This document shows, piece after piece, positions 14,935 through 24,747 of a stretch of 64,000 bases of DNA. Both the position numbers and the translations under genes were made by a program. The first letter of the stretch is position 1. Each line of letters starts with the position of its first letter. Origin of the DNA: a virus. The DNA is taken from the IMG/VR virus record IMGVR_UViG_3300017991_000051, positions 32,001 to 96,000 of that record. One strand, given 5' to 3'. The notes beneath the pieces were generated by a model. That model ran no database searches and was not told the DNA's origin. It saw only the letters and a list, made by a program, of their open reading frames with translations.

Positions 14935-16126
14935 CCTTAGTCGGCTCCATAGTCCCGTTGAATACGGGGTGTTGCTGGATGTGCAGTGCGTCCTCTATCG
15001 CCGGACGCAGCTCGTGCCCCTCAATAAGCTCGCCGAATTCGGCGGCCTTGAGCGGACTATCCTTCTTGATGCCCAGCGTATCGGACCAGAACACGGCACC
15101 GACAACCTGCTTCTGCGTCGTGTTGATGTCGAGGATATCCGTCAGGTATCGCGCGTTGGCGGACAGTACCATCGCCGTCGCCGACGACCAGTCCCACCAC
15201 GATATCTGCTTGTTGTCCTCGAACTTCCAGCAGAACGTCACCGGCAGCTTCTTCTCTACGTCCGAGCCCATCGATGACTTACGAACGCTCAACGTCAAGC
15301 TCTTCGCTTGCAGGGAAGTTCTACTGTACGTCACTGACTTACCCATGGCGGTTACGCCGCCCTTCTTGAACTGGATATCCAGTGTCGCGTAGAAGTCGGG
15401 CGCCTTACCGCCAGCGCGACCCATCCCCTGGCCGCCTATCTTCGGCTTCTCGTGATGCGACATATGCAACGTGATCGGCCAGCCCAGCAGGGTGTTGGGA
15501 AACGACTTCATGAACTGGCTGATGAGGATTGGTGCGTCTGAAAAAGTCCTTCCTTCCGCTTCCCCCTCCGACCTGATGTGCTCCAAACCTTCGGCGCTGC
15601 CGGATCCCAGCATGGAATCGACGGCCCAGAAGATCGGAAACGACGGCTTCTTCCCCATCTTGTCCACCAGTTCGTTCAGTTTCTCATACTGCTTGTTCAG
15701 CAGCCGTTGCCACTCGTTGATCGTCGTCGCGTTCAGAATGAGCAGCCGGCGATGCTTCGGATCGTTCTCGTCGAAAAACTCCGGCGGGATGATCGATCGC
15801 ATCAGCGATCCACTCGTCTTGTACTCGGTATCGATCAGGCAGGCGAAGCCGCCAGCCTCCAGATACCACGAGATCAGCTCGAAAATGAAACTGGACTTCT
15901 GCGTTCCAAACGCGCCCCCCGATTGCGTCACGCGCGCAAGCGGCCAGCCGTTCGACTCGATAAGCCACCGCAGTGCCAGTGGTTTGATCGGCAGTACCAC
16001 CTGCCGTTTTTCGTGTTCCGCTGCCACGTAGCAGCGCTCCGTACCGAACTCGCTCTCCGCCACGGCCAGCGCCGCGTCCACGAAGTCGTCGATATCCAAT
16101 GCTACTTTTTTCTTGGCTGCTGCCAT
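14927..16126 (-). CDS. RecA/UvsX-like recombinase
   Basis: GWPLARVTQ, degenerate Walker A GAFGTQKS, LIDTE, Walker B WAVDS, GGKAPDFYAT. Confidence 0.8.
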   Translation of the reverse strand: MAAAKKKVALDIDDFVDAALAVAESEFGTERCYVAAEHEKRQVVLPIKPLALRWLIESNGWPLARVTQSGGAFGTQKSSFIFELISWYLEAGGFACLIDTEYKTSGSLMRSIIPPEFFDENDPKHRRLLILNATTINEWQRLLNKQYEKLNELVDKMGKKPSFPIFWAVDSMLGSGSAEGLEHIRSEGEAEGRTFSDAPILISQFMKSFPNTLLGWPITLHMSHHEKPKIGGQGMGRAGGKAPDFYATLDIQFKKGGVTAMGKSVTYSRTSLQAKSLTLSVRKSSMGSDVEKKLPVTFCWKFEDNKQISWWDWSSATAMVLSANARYLTDILDINTTQKQVVGAVFWSDTLGIKKDSPLKAAEFGELIEGHELRPAIEDALHIQQHPVFNGTMEPTKDA

Positions 16127-16160
16127 CTTATTTACCTCCAACCTGTGCAAAATATGCACA

Positions 16161-16182
16161 GGACCGGCCCGAAGGCCGGTCC
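16161..16182 (-). terminator. intergenic hairpin
   Basis: GGACCGGCC-CGAA-GGCCGGTCC. Confidence 0.45.
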
Positions 16183-16208
16183 CATGCGGTTATAGTCACT
16201 TGAACTGA

Positions 16209-17582
16209 CTATTGTGCTGCAGGTGTCCCTCCACGCAGCTGGCTCAGCTTCTCCATGGCCCCCTGCACGTCAGCGTCGTTGTTCGTCGCTGCCGCCGCGG
16301 GTTGTGCTGCTGCCGGTGCCTGCGCGGGTGCCCCGCCACCTGCTGCATGCAAGTCATCCGGCCTGATGTCGCGAGCGAAGCCGTTGTCGGCTGGCTCCGA
16401 GCCTTCAGGTGCCGGAGTGTTCGTATTGTCCCAATCGACAACCGCCGCACCGTCCGCTGCTGGCTGTGCGCCCTGCGCGGCTGGGGGTGGTACTGTCTGT
16501 GCCGGTTCGTCCGGCGACTGCGGGCCTGCGGCAGCCGCTTCAGGGCCACCCATAACCTGCACAGTCGCGTTCCCCTTCACGAAGTCCGGGAGGTACGCCG
16601 CGTAAGGACGCAGACACTGCAGAAGCAGCGCCGGCAGATCCTCATAGGCGCGAACGATCATGTCCACCATCTCCTTCTCGGAGAGGAATCGGATCGTCTT
16701 CTCCCATGGCGTGAACACCTGGCTTTCCACGGCGAACCGCAGTCTACCATCCGGCAGTCTCGGGAGTGGCAACGGCTGCCTGAGTTCGCACGCATAGCGC
16801 GCCAACGTCTGCTGTGACCGCTGCTGTTGGCCATTCCCCTTACCGGCATTACCCCAGTCGACGTTCTCGTTCGACGTCTCAGTGCCGGCATTGGCGTTGT
16901 AGAAAGATAGTATCCGGCCGGAATCAGCCCCGAGGATGTCGCCGCACACGAAGCGCTTATTGAAATCATCCGGGCTGCCGTTGTAACCTTCAACTTCCTT
17001 ATTCAGTGACTCCTCGAGCGCGATACACGCGGACTCGCTGAGCATCATGAGTGTCGGCAACTGCGGCCGAGTATAGTAGTCGTACGTCCCGTGTTTGAGC
17101 AGGACCGCCTGCACGAGGCCAAACGCCTTCAACTTCTTGGGAAGTGCAGGCCCTCGGTTCTGTGCTCCTTCGAGCAGGATATGCTTCAGCCGTCCGGTGG
17201 AGTCGTTCCACGCCGCCTTCTTCGCGCCGTCGATGAACTCGGTTACCGGTGTCGGATGAATATCCGTGTCCAGCGCATCGCCCGGACTGTCCGGATCTCC
17301 ATACGCGGGAATGAACGTCAGTGTACGCGCGGTACCGCCTTGGAAGATCGGTACGCGTACGATCCATGGACCGAAGTTGTTCTCTTCCGGGCCAAAGCGC
17401 CACGGAAGGAAGTCCTTCCCGTCCTCCGTGAGGGGACCGACCGGTCGGAAGTGGGTTTCCAACTTTACGTTCTTATCCCACTTCAGTTTCCAGATCGATC
17501 CTCGGTATTCCGAGGTTGTTACCAACATGCCCCGGGTACTTCTCTTCGTGTATGCCTGCGATGCGTCCTTATACGATTTCAT
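16209..17582 (-). CDS. probable single-stranded DNA-binding protein
   Basis: Lies between the polymerase and RecA; low-complexity Ala/Pro/acidic C-terminal tail; call is positional. Confidence 0.5.
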   Translation of the reverse strand: MKSYKDASQAYTKRSTRGMLVTTSEYRGSIWKLKWDKNVKLETHFRPVGPLTEDGKDFLPWRFGPEENNFGPWIVRVPIFQGGTARTLTFIPAYGDPDSPGDALDTDIHPTPVTEFIDGAKKAAWNDSTGRLKHILLEGAQNRGPALPKKLKAFGLVQAVLLKHGTYDYYTRPQLPTLMMLSESACIALEESLNKEVEGYNGSPDDFNKRFVCGDILGADSGRILSFYNANAGTETSNENVDWGNAGKGNGQQQRSQQTLARYACELRQPLPLPRLPDGRLRFAVESQVFTPWEKTIRFLSEKEMVDMIVRAYEDLPALLLQCLRPYAAYLPDFVKGNATVQVMGGPEAAAAGPQSPDEPAQTVPPPAAQGAQPAADGAAVVDWDNTNTPAPEGSEPADNGFARDIRPDDLHAAGGGAPAQAPAAAQPAAAATNNDADVQGAMEKLSQLRGGTPAAQ

Positions 17583-17602
17583 CTTTTCCTCCGTTTTTTC
17601 AG

Positions 17603-20599
17603 TTACGCCGCATTCTTCAGTTCCAGTTTCGCTTCCTCGATTGCATCTTTCAGCTTCATCTTCTCACTCCAGCGTCGCATGACTTCAGTGTCAATATTGA
17701 TATGCAGTTTCGTATTCGGAATCCGCACGGATTTGGTCATGCATAACGGCAGGACCTCGTTGAGTACTTGATCCACCTCATCCAGTGGAGTATCCAAGAA
17801 GATCGCGTCGTGCACTGGGAGCACGATCTTGAACTTCATTCCCGCCTGTGCCCTGTACAGGAATACATTGTACAATGCCACGCTAAGCGCGTCGGCTACC
17901 GTCCCCTGAATAGGCATGTTCTGTGCCTGTCTCTCCTGCGACTTCAGCGTCCCGCTATCCTTCGTAGGATAGAAGTAGCGACGCCGGCCGTAGGCGTTTT
18001 CCACATAGCCCGGGTCGATTACTGCCGCATGACAGTCGGTCACGTAGTCCCGGACCTTTGGAAACTTCTCGAAGAAGTTGTTGATCAACATCTGCATCTT
18101 CGCCGAGTCGGCTTCGACGCCCTCGGTCATCGCCTGCCGGACCAGAGCGTTAGCTCCCCGCCCGTACGCGATTCCGAAGTTCACGTTCTTCGCCATCACC
18201 CGCTGCTTGGGATGCAGTTTCTTCACCTCGTTCGGCGCACAGCCCAGATTGAAGGCTGTAACCGCCATCTCCGAGTGCAGGTCCCGCGAGCTGTCGCTCA
18301 TCACCGCGATCATGTCCGGATCCCCGGACAGATGGGCCAGTACCTGCAACTCAGCCTGAACGTAATCCGCCTCGATCAGGATATGCCCCGGCGATGCCTG
18401 TAGGCAGCTCCGAAGCGAATAGTACCCCGGGTTAAGCAGACCGAGATCCTTAAGTTCCTGTACCTGCATACCACCCCACCCATGGGTGTCCAGCAGCTTC
18501 GGGAGGTTGGTGCTGAAAATCTGTATCAGCTCCGCCTCCTGCTTCTTCGGCAGGTTCTGCAGGTTGGGCTCCGATGACTTGTACCGGCCGGTGTCAGTCA
18601 GCTGGCTGACGCTCGTGCGGATACGTTTGTCGTGATCCACCTCGTACACCAGTCCGCCGTTCCATTCCAGCTCCCCCGTCTCCTTCGACGGTTCCGGCGG
18701 TCGCAGGAAGTTCTTGATGATCTGATCGACGAATCTCAGCTTCTGCAGCTTCTCCGCCAGCGGGTGCTCCGCCCCGTAGATCTGCAGCACCTCCGCGTCC
18801 GTAGACGGGAACACGAGGTTCTTATCGATGTCCTCGATGGGGACGCGGCCCCAGTCACGCGACGGCTTCTCCGTCGTCTTGATCGGATACAGCGAGAGCG
18901 TCATCGCCCCCTCCGGACGCTTGGGCTCCTTACCGAATGTACGGCTGAACAGGAACTCCCGCACGTTGTCGACCGATCGGAAGTTGAACAACGGCCACTT
19001 GATCTCCGTCTGGAAGTCGCTGACCATCGCATCGCGCTGGCGAACGAACAACTCCGTCAACCGCTTCATACGATCGCTGTCGCTGTAGACACCCACAGTC
19101 TCCACCTCATGGAGGGGAATGCCGCAAGGCTGCACCACGTACTGATACAGGTCCCACAGCGTACGTACTTGGACGCCGGGCAACAGCTCATACGGGTGTG
19201 TAACCGCTTGGGCCTGCAACTGCTCCTTGAGATGGTCCCAGCAACGCATTACCACATCGGTATCGGCAGGCGCATACACTGGGTTCAGCAGCTCATCGGG
19301 CACGAAGGCGAAACCATGCTTCCGCATCTTCCGCTTGCCGCTGTCGCTCTTCTTGGTCTTTGACTGCGACGTGTAACCGTTCTCCGACAGCCACTGTTTG
19401 ACCGGGAGGTCGTAACGTCCCATATCAGTAAAGCGTACTGCCAAGTTCTCCAACGCGTGCCCCTCCGCCGCCGGATGGCGCATATGGTACATCAGCATCG
19501 TATCCACGCCGTTCTTAAAGAACTGATCGCTGCAATCGATACCATACCGCTTCAACCACTTCAAGTCTCCGCGGAAGTTGTGGCCGCCTATCTGCACGTC
19601 GGGCAGACACATGATCCGCTTCAACTGCTCAACAGCCGCCTTCTCCTCGCAACACGTATCCGGATCGTACAGCAGGCCGCAGCGCCGGAGGATCACGCAG
19701 TAGGATCTGTGTGACGCCGGCGAGAACTGAATAGTCCTCAGCTTTCCCTTCAGATAATCCGCGCCGTTGAGACCGCCCCACTCGCAGTCTACGCCCAGCC
19801 GTTTCGGCTGATCGGGGTGTGCTTCCCACTCCGCGAGAATGCCGTCGACCACCTCCGTCAGTCTCCAAACGGACGTGATCTCCTCGTAATTGACCGGCGC
19901 CGCCTCCGGCACCGTGCCGTCCCCCCTCACAAGGCCCACGAATGTACGGAAGTCGCGCTCAAAGCCTGGGCGTAACTCCGGTGACTTCAGCACCGCTGCC
20001 GGGTGCGTGGTCACGAGCACGCGCGCTCCATTGTATGTCAGGTTGGTCGCGCCGCGGAACTTCTTGAGGGAAGAACCCTTCCCCATCACGGCCTTTACCG
20101 CGTCCGCGCCCAGCAGGAGTATGAACTCCGGCTCGAGCAACGCCAACTCCGCATCCAACAGGGGCTTGCACTCCTTCAGCCACGCGGCCTTCAACGTCTT
20201 GGCACCGTACGGCGGCATGAACCGAACCACGTTCGTTGTATACCAGTCGTCGTATTCGACGTTCAGGCTGCTCAGCACCTCACGTATCAGCTCCCCACTG
20301 GGGCCGACGAATAGCTCACGCTTTGATTGCTCTTCGCGCCACGGCATCTTCCCGATGATAACCACTTTTGAAGGCTTCTTCAGGTCGGGCCCGCGCCTGC
20401 CGCCCAGCGTATTGCCGGGGAGGAACGTGACGTTGGTCGTGTTCCCCATCTTGTCCGTCGTCGGCAAATCGACTGCATTGTACAGCATCTTGCACGTAAA
20501 GGTCTCGATATCGACGCCCGCCAACTCAGCGCCGGCGGTAACCAATGGACCGTATCTTATCCCCGCCTCCGGCGCTTCGTCTTTTTTCTTCTTAGCCAT
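17603..20599 (-). CDS. polA: family A DNA polymerase with N-terminal UDG-like and 3'-5' exonuclease domains
   Basis: Motif A ADYVQAEL, motif B RVMAKNVNFGIAYG, motif C VHDA; exonuclease VDCE/GHNFRGD; UDG-like FVGPSG...THPAAVL. Confidence 0.93.
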   Translation of the reverse strand: MAKKKKDEAPEAGIRYGPLVTAGAELAGVDIETFTCKMLYNAVDLPTTDKMGNTTNVTFLPGNTLGGRRGPDLKKPSKVVIIGKMPWREEQSKRELFVGPSGELIREVLSSLNVEYDDWYTTNVVRFMPPYGAKTLKAAWLKECKPLLDAELALLEPEFILLLGADAVKAVMGKGSSLKKFRGATNLTYNGARVLVTTHPAAVLKSPELRPGFERDFRTFVGLVRGDGTVPEAAPVNYEEITSVWRLTEVVDGILAEWEAHPDQPKRLGVDCEWGGLNGADYLKGKLRTIQFSPASHRSYCVILRRCGLLYDPDTCCEEKAAVEQLKRIMCLPDVQIGGHNFRGDLKWLKRYGIDCSDQFFKNGVDTMLMYHMRHPAAEGHALENLAVRFTDMGRYDLPVKQWLSENGYTSQSKTKKSDSGKRKMRKHGFAFVPDELLNPVYAPADTDVVMRCWDHLKEQLQAQAVTHPYELLPGVQVRTLWDLYQYVVQPCGIPLHEVETVGVYSDSDRMKRLTELFVRQRDAMVSDFQTEIKWPLFNFRSVDNVREFLFSRTFGKEPKRPEGAMTLSLYPIKTTEKPSRDWGRVPIEDIDKNLVFPSTDAEVLQIYGAEHPLAEKLQKLRFVDQIIKNFLRPPEPSKETGELEWNGGLVYEVDHDKRIRTSVSQLTDTGRYKSSEPNLQNLPKKQEAELIQIFSTNLPKLLDTHGWGGMQVQELKDLGLLNPGYYSLRSCLQASPGHILIEADYVQAELQVLAHLSGDPDMIAVMSDSSRDLHSEMAVTAFNLGCAPNEVKKLHPKQRVMAKNVNFGIAYGRGANALVRQAMTEGVEADSAKMQMLINNFFEKFPKVRDYVTDCHAAVIDPGYVENAYGRRRYFYPTKDSGTLKSQERQAQNMPIQGTVADALSVALYNVFLYRAQAGMKFKIVLPVHDAIFLDTPLDEVDQVLNEVLPLCMTKSVRIPNTKLHINIDTEVMRRWSEKMKLKDAIEEAKLELKNAA

Positions 20600-20600
20600 G

Positions 20601-20942
20601 TTATCCTCGTATGAATTTGCTCGTTTCTATCCACATGTGAATAGCTTTCTTTCGTGACGGCTGCAGGCTCGCATGATTCGGGCCCATCCAGCCGCACTTC
20701 GGACAGCGGACCTGCCACCAGCCGGTCCATGGCCCCTTCGCCACCTCCTCCACGATCGGTTCGGTACGACACAGCTTGCATCGTCCCGGCTCCTCATCGG
20801 GTACCTCCGGAGGACGTCTACGTGACTTCGCATTGCATCCGGGGCACCGTTCGAACTGCTTAACGCTCTCGTATATGTAACCCTTCTTGCACGCGAGACA
20901 GCGTATATAGATGTCACCGTAGTGCTCGTACCACTTAGGCAT
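20601..20942 (-). CDS. zinc-finger protein with a Lar-like C-terminal domain
   Basis: CLAC..CPGC and CKLC...WQVRCPKCG...KAIHMW. Confidence 0.6.
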   Translation of the reverse strand: MPKWYEHYGDIYIRCLACKKGYIYESVKQFERCPGCNAKSRRRPPEVPDEEPGRCKLCRTEPIVEEVAKGPWTGWWQVRCPKCGWMGPNHASLQPSRKKAIHMWIETSKFIRG

Positions 20943-22008
20943 TCTGACCACCTCCTCGCAACAGCGCGGTAAGCATCTCCCACAGGGTGTCAGACGGCAT
21001 ATCGCCGACGTCCTTGCCCTTCGGAAGAGGCAGTACGCAATACCGTTTCCAGCTGCGCAACCACTCCGCGAGATCGTTGGTCTCCGCCGTCGCATCCGGA
21101 TCCAGTGCCAGTACAGCCGTACCGCCCTTCGATCCCCAATGCTCGTACAGTAGTTGGCGTTGCGTATGCGACGCCGCCTTCCCGAACAGGGCCACTCCAT
21201 ACTCCGGACCGACCCGTATCGCATCCAGCGGACCCTCGCAGACGACCACCAGCTCCGGATGGTTCCGCGCGCGGTAGCCGTTGTACAGTGTCTGCGACTT
21301 ACGCGTTCCCGGCACAGTGAAGTACTTCGCCGCATCCTTCGGCGACTTCGCCGTCAGGTCGCGCAGGTCCATCCAGCGGGCCTGCCCTCCCATGAGCACG
21401 ACCTCACCCGTGTCGTCCACATCGTACAGCGGGAAGAACAGCCGATTGTCGGGCGGCAGGACGAGACTGAAGTCGCACCATGACACACCCCACTGGCTAC
21501 CCAGCTCCCCTATGTCGAACCGCCGGACGTCGCGCATGTAGCGCACCGCCGCGTGCTGTTCCGGGAGCTTGTCTATCCGTATGAAGTTACCTTCCACGGC
21601 CGGCCGCTGGTTCGGATCGAAATCAGTATCCGCTTCCGCGGCCTTGATCGCACGTTCCGGCGGTGCCGTATACCCGGCAACGATATTCTTCAGCTTCGTT
21701 CGGAAACCTTCTTCGTGCTGCTCACAATGCTCATTGTAGCAGACGACGAGGTGATCCAGGGAAACCCCGCTGAGATGCGTGCCCCACCGGTGGTTGACCC
21801 ACAGACGGAACCGCGCATCCCCGCAGAACGGACAGGAGACGCGATAGTACTCGCCGGCGCCGCCGGGAGCGACCTCAACGCGCTTCCTGTTCTGATAGGC
21901 GAGATCCTGCACTACGCGTGCGCGTAGGGGCGCTCCCTGATTCGAGACCCTCACGTCGCCGAACACGTTGAGGAGGGCCGTATACAGTGAAATGTTCAGT
22001 ACCTTCAT
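20935..22008 (-). CDS. DNA primase (Zn finger + TOPRIM)
   Basis: CPFCGD, VVCEGPLDA, LALDPDA, KDVGD. Confidence 0.9.
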   Translation of the reverse strand: MKVLNISLYTALLNVFGDVRVSNQGAPLRARVVQDLAYQNRKRVEVAPGGAGEYYRVSCPFCGDARFRLWVNHRWGTHLSGVSLDHLVVCYNEHCEQHEEGFRTKLKNIVAGYTAPPERAIKAAEADTDFDPNQRPAVEGNFIRIDKLPEQHAAVRYMRDVRRFDIGELGSQWGVSWCDFSLVLPPDNRLFFPLYDVDDTGEVVLMGGQARWMDLRDLTAKSPKDAAKYFTVPGTRKSQTLYNGYRARNHPELVVVCEGPLDAIRVGPEYGVALFGKAASHTQRQLLYEHWGSKGGTAVLALDPDATAETNDLAEWLRSWKRYCVLPLPKGKDVGDMPSDTLWEMLTALLRGGGQNA

Positions 22009-23486
22009 CTTACGTCGTCATCCGTTATCGCCAGTCTGCGCCGCTTCTTCTTCTCGTCGTGCTTTGCTACCGACTCCAGATTACGGCTGGCTTCCTCACT
22101 GGAGCGACGGATGAACATACCGCCCGTGAACTCAAACATGTTCTCCGCCCAATTAAACTGCCAATACTCCGGATCCAGCTCAACGATAAGCGCCTGCTCG
22201 TCATCCTCGCGCGCTTTCGGTGACGCCAGCCAGCAACGCCGGTTGTGGTCCTGCGTGCCCAGCTGTACGCAAAAGTGAAGATTGTTATCGAACGACCGGT
22301 CCTCCGCCGCATCGCCCTTCTTCGGACGCCGGCTCGGAGACGCGGACTTCACCTCACTCCGGACCTGATGGAGGATGAATACGCAGCAGTTCATCTGGCT
22401 GGTCTGCGCCATCTCCCGGAGCTGCTCGATAAACAACTGCATGAAGATGCGCCGATTGTTAATGTCCTCGTTATGTGCGAGGATCCAACTGTCAACCATA
22501 GCTAGGAGCTGATCGATGATAACCACATCGATATGCTCGCCGCGGTCGTGATAGTACTTCAGCTGACTACGTAGCTCCTGCACGCCGCCAGACCCGGTGC
22601 CGTGGATGACATCCTTCTTCATATCGCAAGCTTTGATACGATGGCCGTATGCCCCCAACGCTTCCGCCAACTGCACACGATACGACTCAGGCAAGCCGTT
22701 CACGTCCTTGATGTTCTTCATCGCGTTGCGTGGGATATCCCCCGCGTAACCGTACAACTTGTTGGTCACCTGCGGGATCAGCTCAGTCTCGTAGGAGAAG
22801 AAGCCCGCGTACCGGCCATGACGCGCCACGTCGATCGTAATCGCGCTGCCCAGCGTGGTCTTCCCCCCGCCCGTAGGTCCGAGGATTCCATACACTTCGC
22901 CGGCGGATGTTCCGCCGCCCAGCAACTTATCTATACACTCCACGTGTGTGGGTACGCGCTCGGTATTCTTGAACGTGATCCCCGTGGGTGTGAACATATC
23001 GTCTAGGATCTGCGCGGTCGCCACCCGTGTTGATGCGTGTGTCGTCCGCAACGTTTCCAACTGCTTTTCGAAGTCACTACCGGCGGCTGAAAGCATAAGA
23101 CCTTGTGCCGCGGGCCTAACTCTACGCTCGTCCAGAAACTCCTGTGCGTACTTGATCATCTTCGTCGGGACGAACAGCTCATCCGGAAATGAGTATATGC
23201 CGTTGATGTCAAGGTACAGGCTCTGCACCTCACTATCCATCATCGCCCCCGGCGCGTTGTGCAGCCGCTGACGCACGTGCATCTCGAGATACTCTCTCGG
23301 TATCGTCTTGTTCTCTGACGCATACCACTCGTGCGAGATGGCCCACAACATACGGTAGCCCTGCTCGCCGGCACGGTGGAAGTCGTCAGGCTTCAGAATG
23401 TCCTGAAGCTTCTGTATCACCGGCGCACACCGTATCAGGTGCGCGACGAACAGTAACGTAAACTTAGGGTCATCAACTATCGCCAC
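22005..23486 (-). CDS. replicative DnaB-like helicase
   Basis: DKLLGGG, Walker A GPTGGGKT, SYE, IIDQ, LHQV. Confidence 0.88.
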   Translation of the reverse strand: MAIVDDPKFTLLFVAHLIRCAPVIQKLQDILKPDDFHRAGEQGYRMLWAISHEWYASENKTIPREYLEMHVRQRLHNAPGAMMDSEVQSLYLDINGIYSFPDELFVPTKMIKYAQEFLDERRVRPAAQGLMLSAAGSDFEKQLETLRTTHASTRVATAQILDDMFTPTGITFKNTERVPTHVECIDKLLGGGTSAGEVYGILGPTGGGKTTLGSAITIDVARHGRYAGFFSYETELIPQVTNKLYGYAGDIPRNAMKNIKDVNGLPESYRVQLAEALGAYGHRIKACDMKKDVIHGTGSGGVQELRSQLKYYHDRGEHIDVVIIDQLLAMVDSWILAHNEDINNRRIFMQLFIEQLREMAQTSQMNCCVFILHQVRSEVKSASPSRRPKKGDAAEDRSFDNNLHFCVQLGTQDHNRRCWLASPKAREDDEQALIVELDPEYWQFNWAENMFEFTGGMFIRRSSEEASRNLESVAKHDEKKKRRRLAITDDDVR

Positions 23487-24072
23487 GACTGAACACCTCC
23501 GGGTACGCCGATGTGTATACTTGACGATGCATCGGACGCTTGTACAATTCCATGGCCGGCTTCTCGAACCGGTCGACTATCTCCTGGAGCCCTGCCTTCT
23601 TCGCCGTGCACCAGATGAACAGTGAGCTGAATCCAGCCTTGGGATCCAGTAGGATCTTCGACAGCGGGATGTCGAGCGCCAGCTCGTCATGTATACGACG
23701 CAAGCTGCGTTGAATATCGCCCTCGATCTCATCCTTCTGTTTGGGGTTGTTGACGCGGCGGTGGTAGATACTGAGCGCGCTCTGACCAACAAGGCAGTTC
23801 CAACGCACGTGCGCGCCGTACTCCTCCGCAACCGCCAACACGAACATCTCCGGGTCGATATCGTTCTCGATCACCATCATAGCGACCTCGCGCCAGCTCA
23901 TCCTGCGTGTGCCGGCGCTCATTCGATACCCGGGCGTTATCGCCCTCCGAACGCCTATGAATGTGTTGCGGATGATTTCCACAACCTCATCCAGTTGATC
24001 CGGCACCATCTGGTGCCGAATCAGCCAGTCGTCCATAGTGGCCTGCTGCTTCAAGCGCTTCCTCGTATCCAA
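23473..24072 (-). CDS. hypothetical protein
   Basis: 199 aa, AGGAGGAG RBS. Confidence 0.7.
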   Translation of the reverse strand: MDTRKRLKQQATMDDWLIRHQMVPDQLDEVVEIIRNTFIGVRRAITPGYRMSAGTRRMSWREVAMMVIENDIDPEMFVLAVAEEYGAHVRWNCLVGQSALSIYHRRVNNPKQKDEIEGDIQRSLRRIHDELALDIPLSKILLDPKAGFSSLFIWCTAKKAGLQEIVDRFEKPAMELYKRPMHRQVYTSAYPEVFSRGDS

Positions 24073-24084
24073 CAGCTCCTCCTG

Positions 24085-24747
24085 TTATCGGCAATATTCG
24101 TCGTACAGGTATATCCTGTCCAATGACATTTCCTGGTAGTTGGCACTGAGCGTCTTCGGCATAGCCGCTAATATCTGCGGCACGCGATAGGGTTCGCTGC
24201 CGGCCTTGTACCATTTTCGACGAATGCCCACCCACGTGTAGAAATAGACGTACGCGTTTGCATACTGCGCGTACTCTCCAGTATCCAGCGGGAGCGAGAA
24301 GCGTTTGATGTTCTCCAGTGTACGCCGTTCGCAATCCCACTCACATGCCTGCGTCCGCTTGATGATCTTCAGAAGCTTCTTCCGTGAGAATTTCTTCCCA
24401 CCCAACCAATCGAACAGCAGCCCGGAAGAGTCCTCGCCGCCCACGTAACCCTCACGCCACAACGGCGCATTGAAGCGCCACTGCTCGAAGTGCGAGTACT
24501 CATGGACGAGGACCTTCAACCACAATGACATCCGATGGTTGGTAGCCACCGCCAGTGTATGGGGCGGCTCAGTATCGAAAAAGCCGTTGATGCGCTCACC
24601 CTCACAAGCTACTGTCTTTGTGGGGGTCAGCTGCAGCGTAACGCCTGCTTGCTTCGTTTCGTTGTACACGTGTAGCAGGAACTGCTTCACGTCCATATCA
24701 CGAACGCGTGACCACTTCCAGCCACGTATCTTCGGATACTTCCTCAT
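24085..24747 (-). CDS. HEXXH metallopeptidase-like protein
   Basis: VLVHEYSHFEQW...EWDCE. Confidence 0.6.
   Translation of the reverse strand: MRKYPKIRGWKWSRVRDMDVKQFLLHVYNETKQAGVTLQLTPTKTVACEGERINGFFDTEPPHTLAVATNHRMSLWLKVLVHEYSHFEQWRFNAPLWREGYVGGEDSSGLLFDWLGGKKFSRKKLLKIIKRTQACEWDCERRTLENIKRFSLPLDTGEYAQYANAYVYFYTWVGIRRKWYKAGSEPYRVPQILAAMPKTLSANYQEMSLDRIYLYDEYCR

Noticed and set aside
20601-21335. The 244-aa ORF as called in the track
   Set aside because: Its 5' part overlaps the primase in another frame. The SD-supported start is at 20942.
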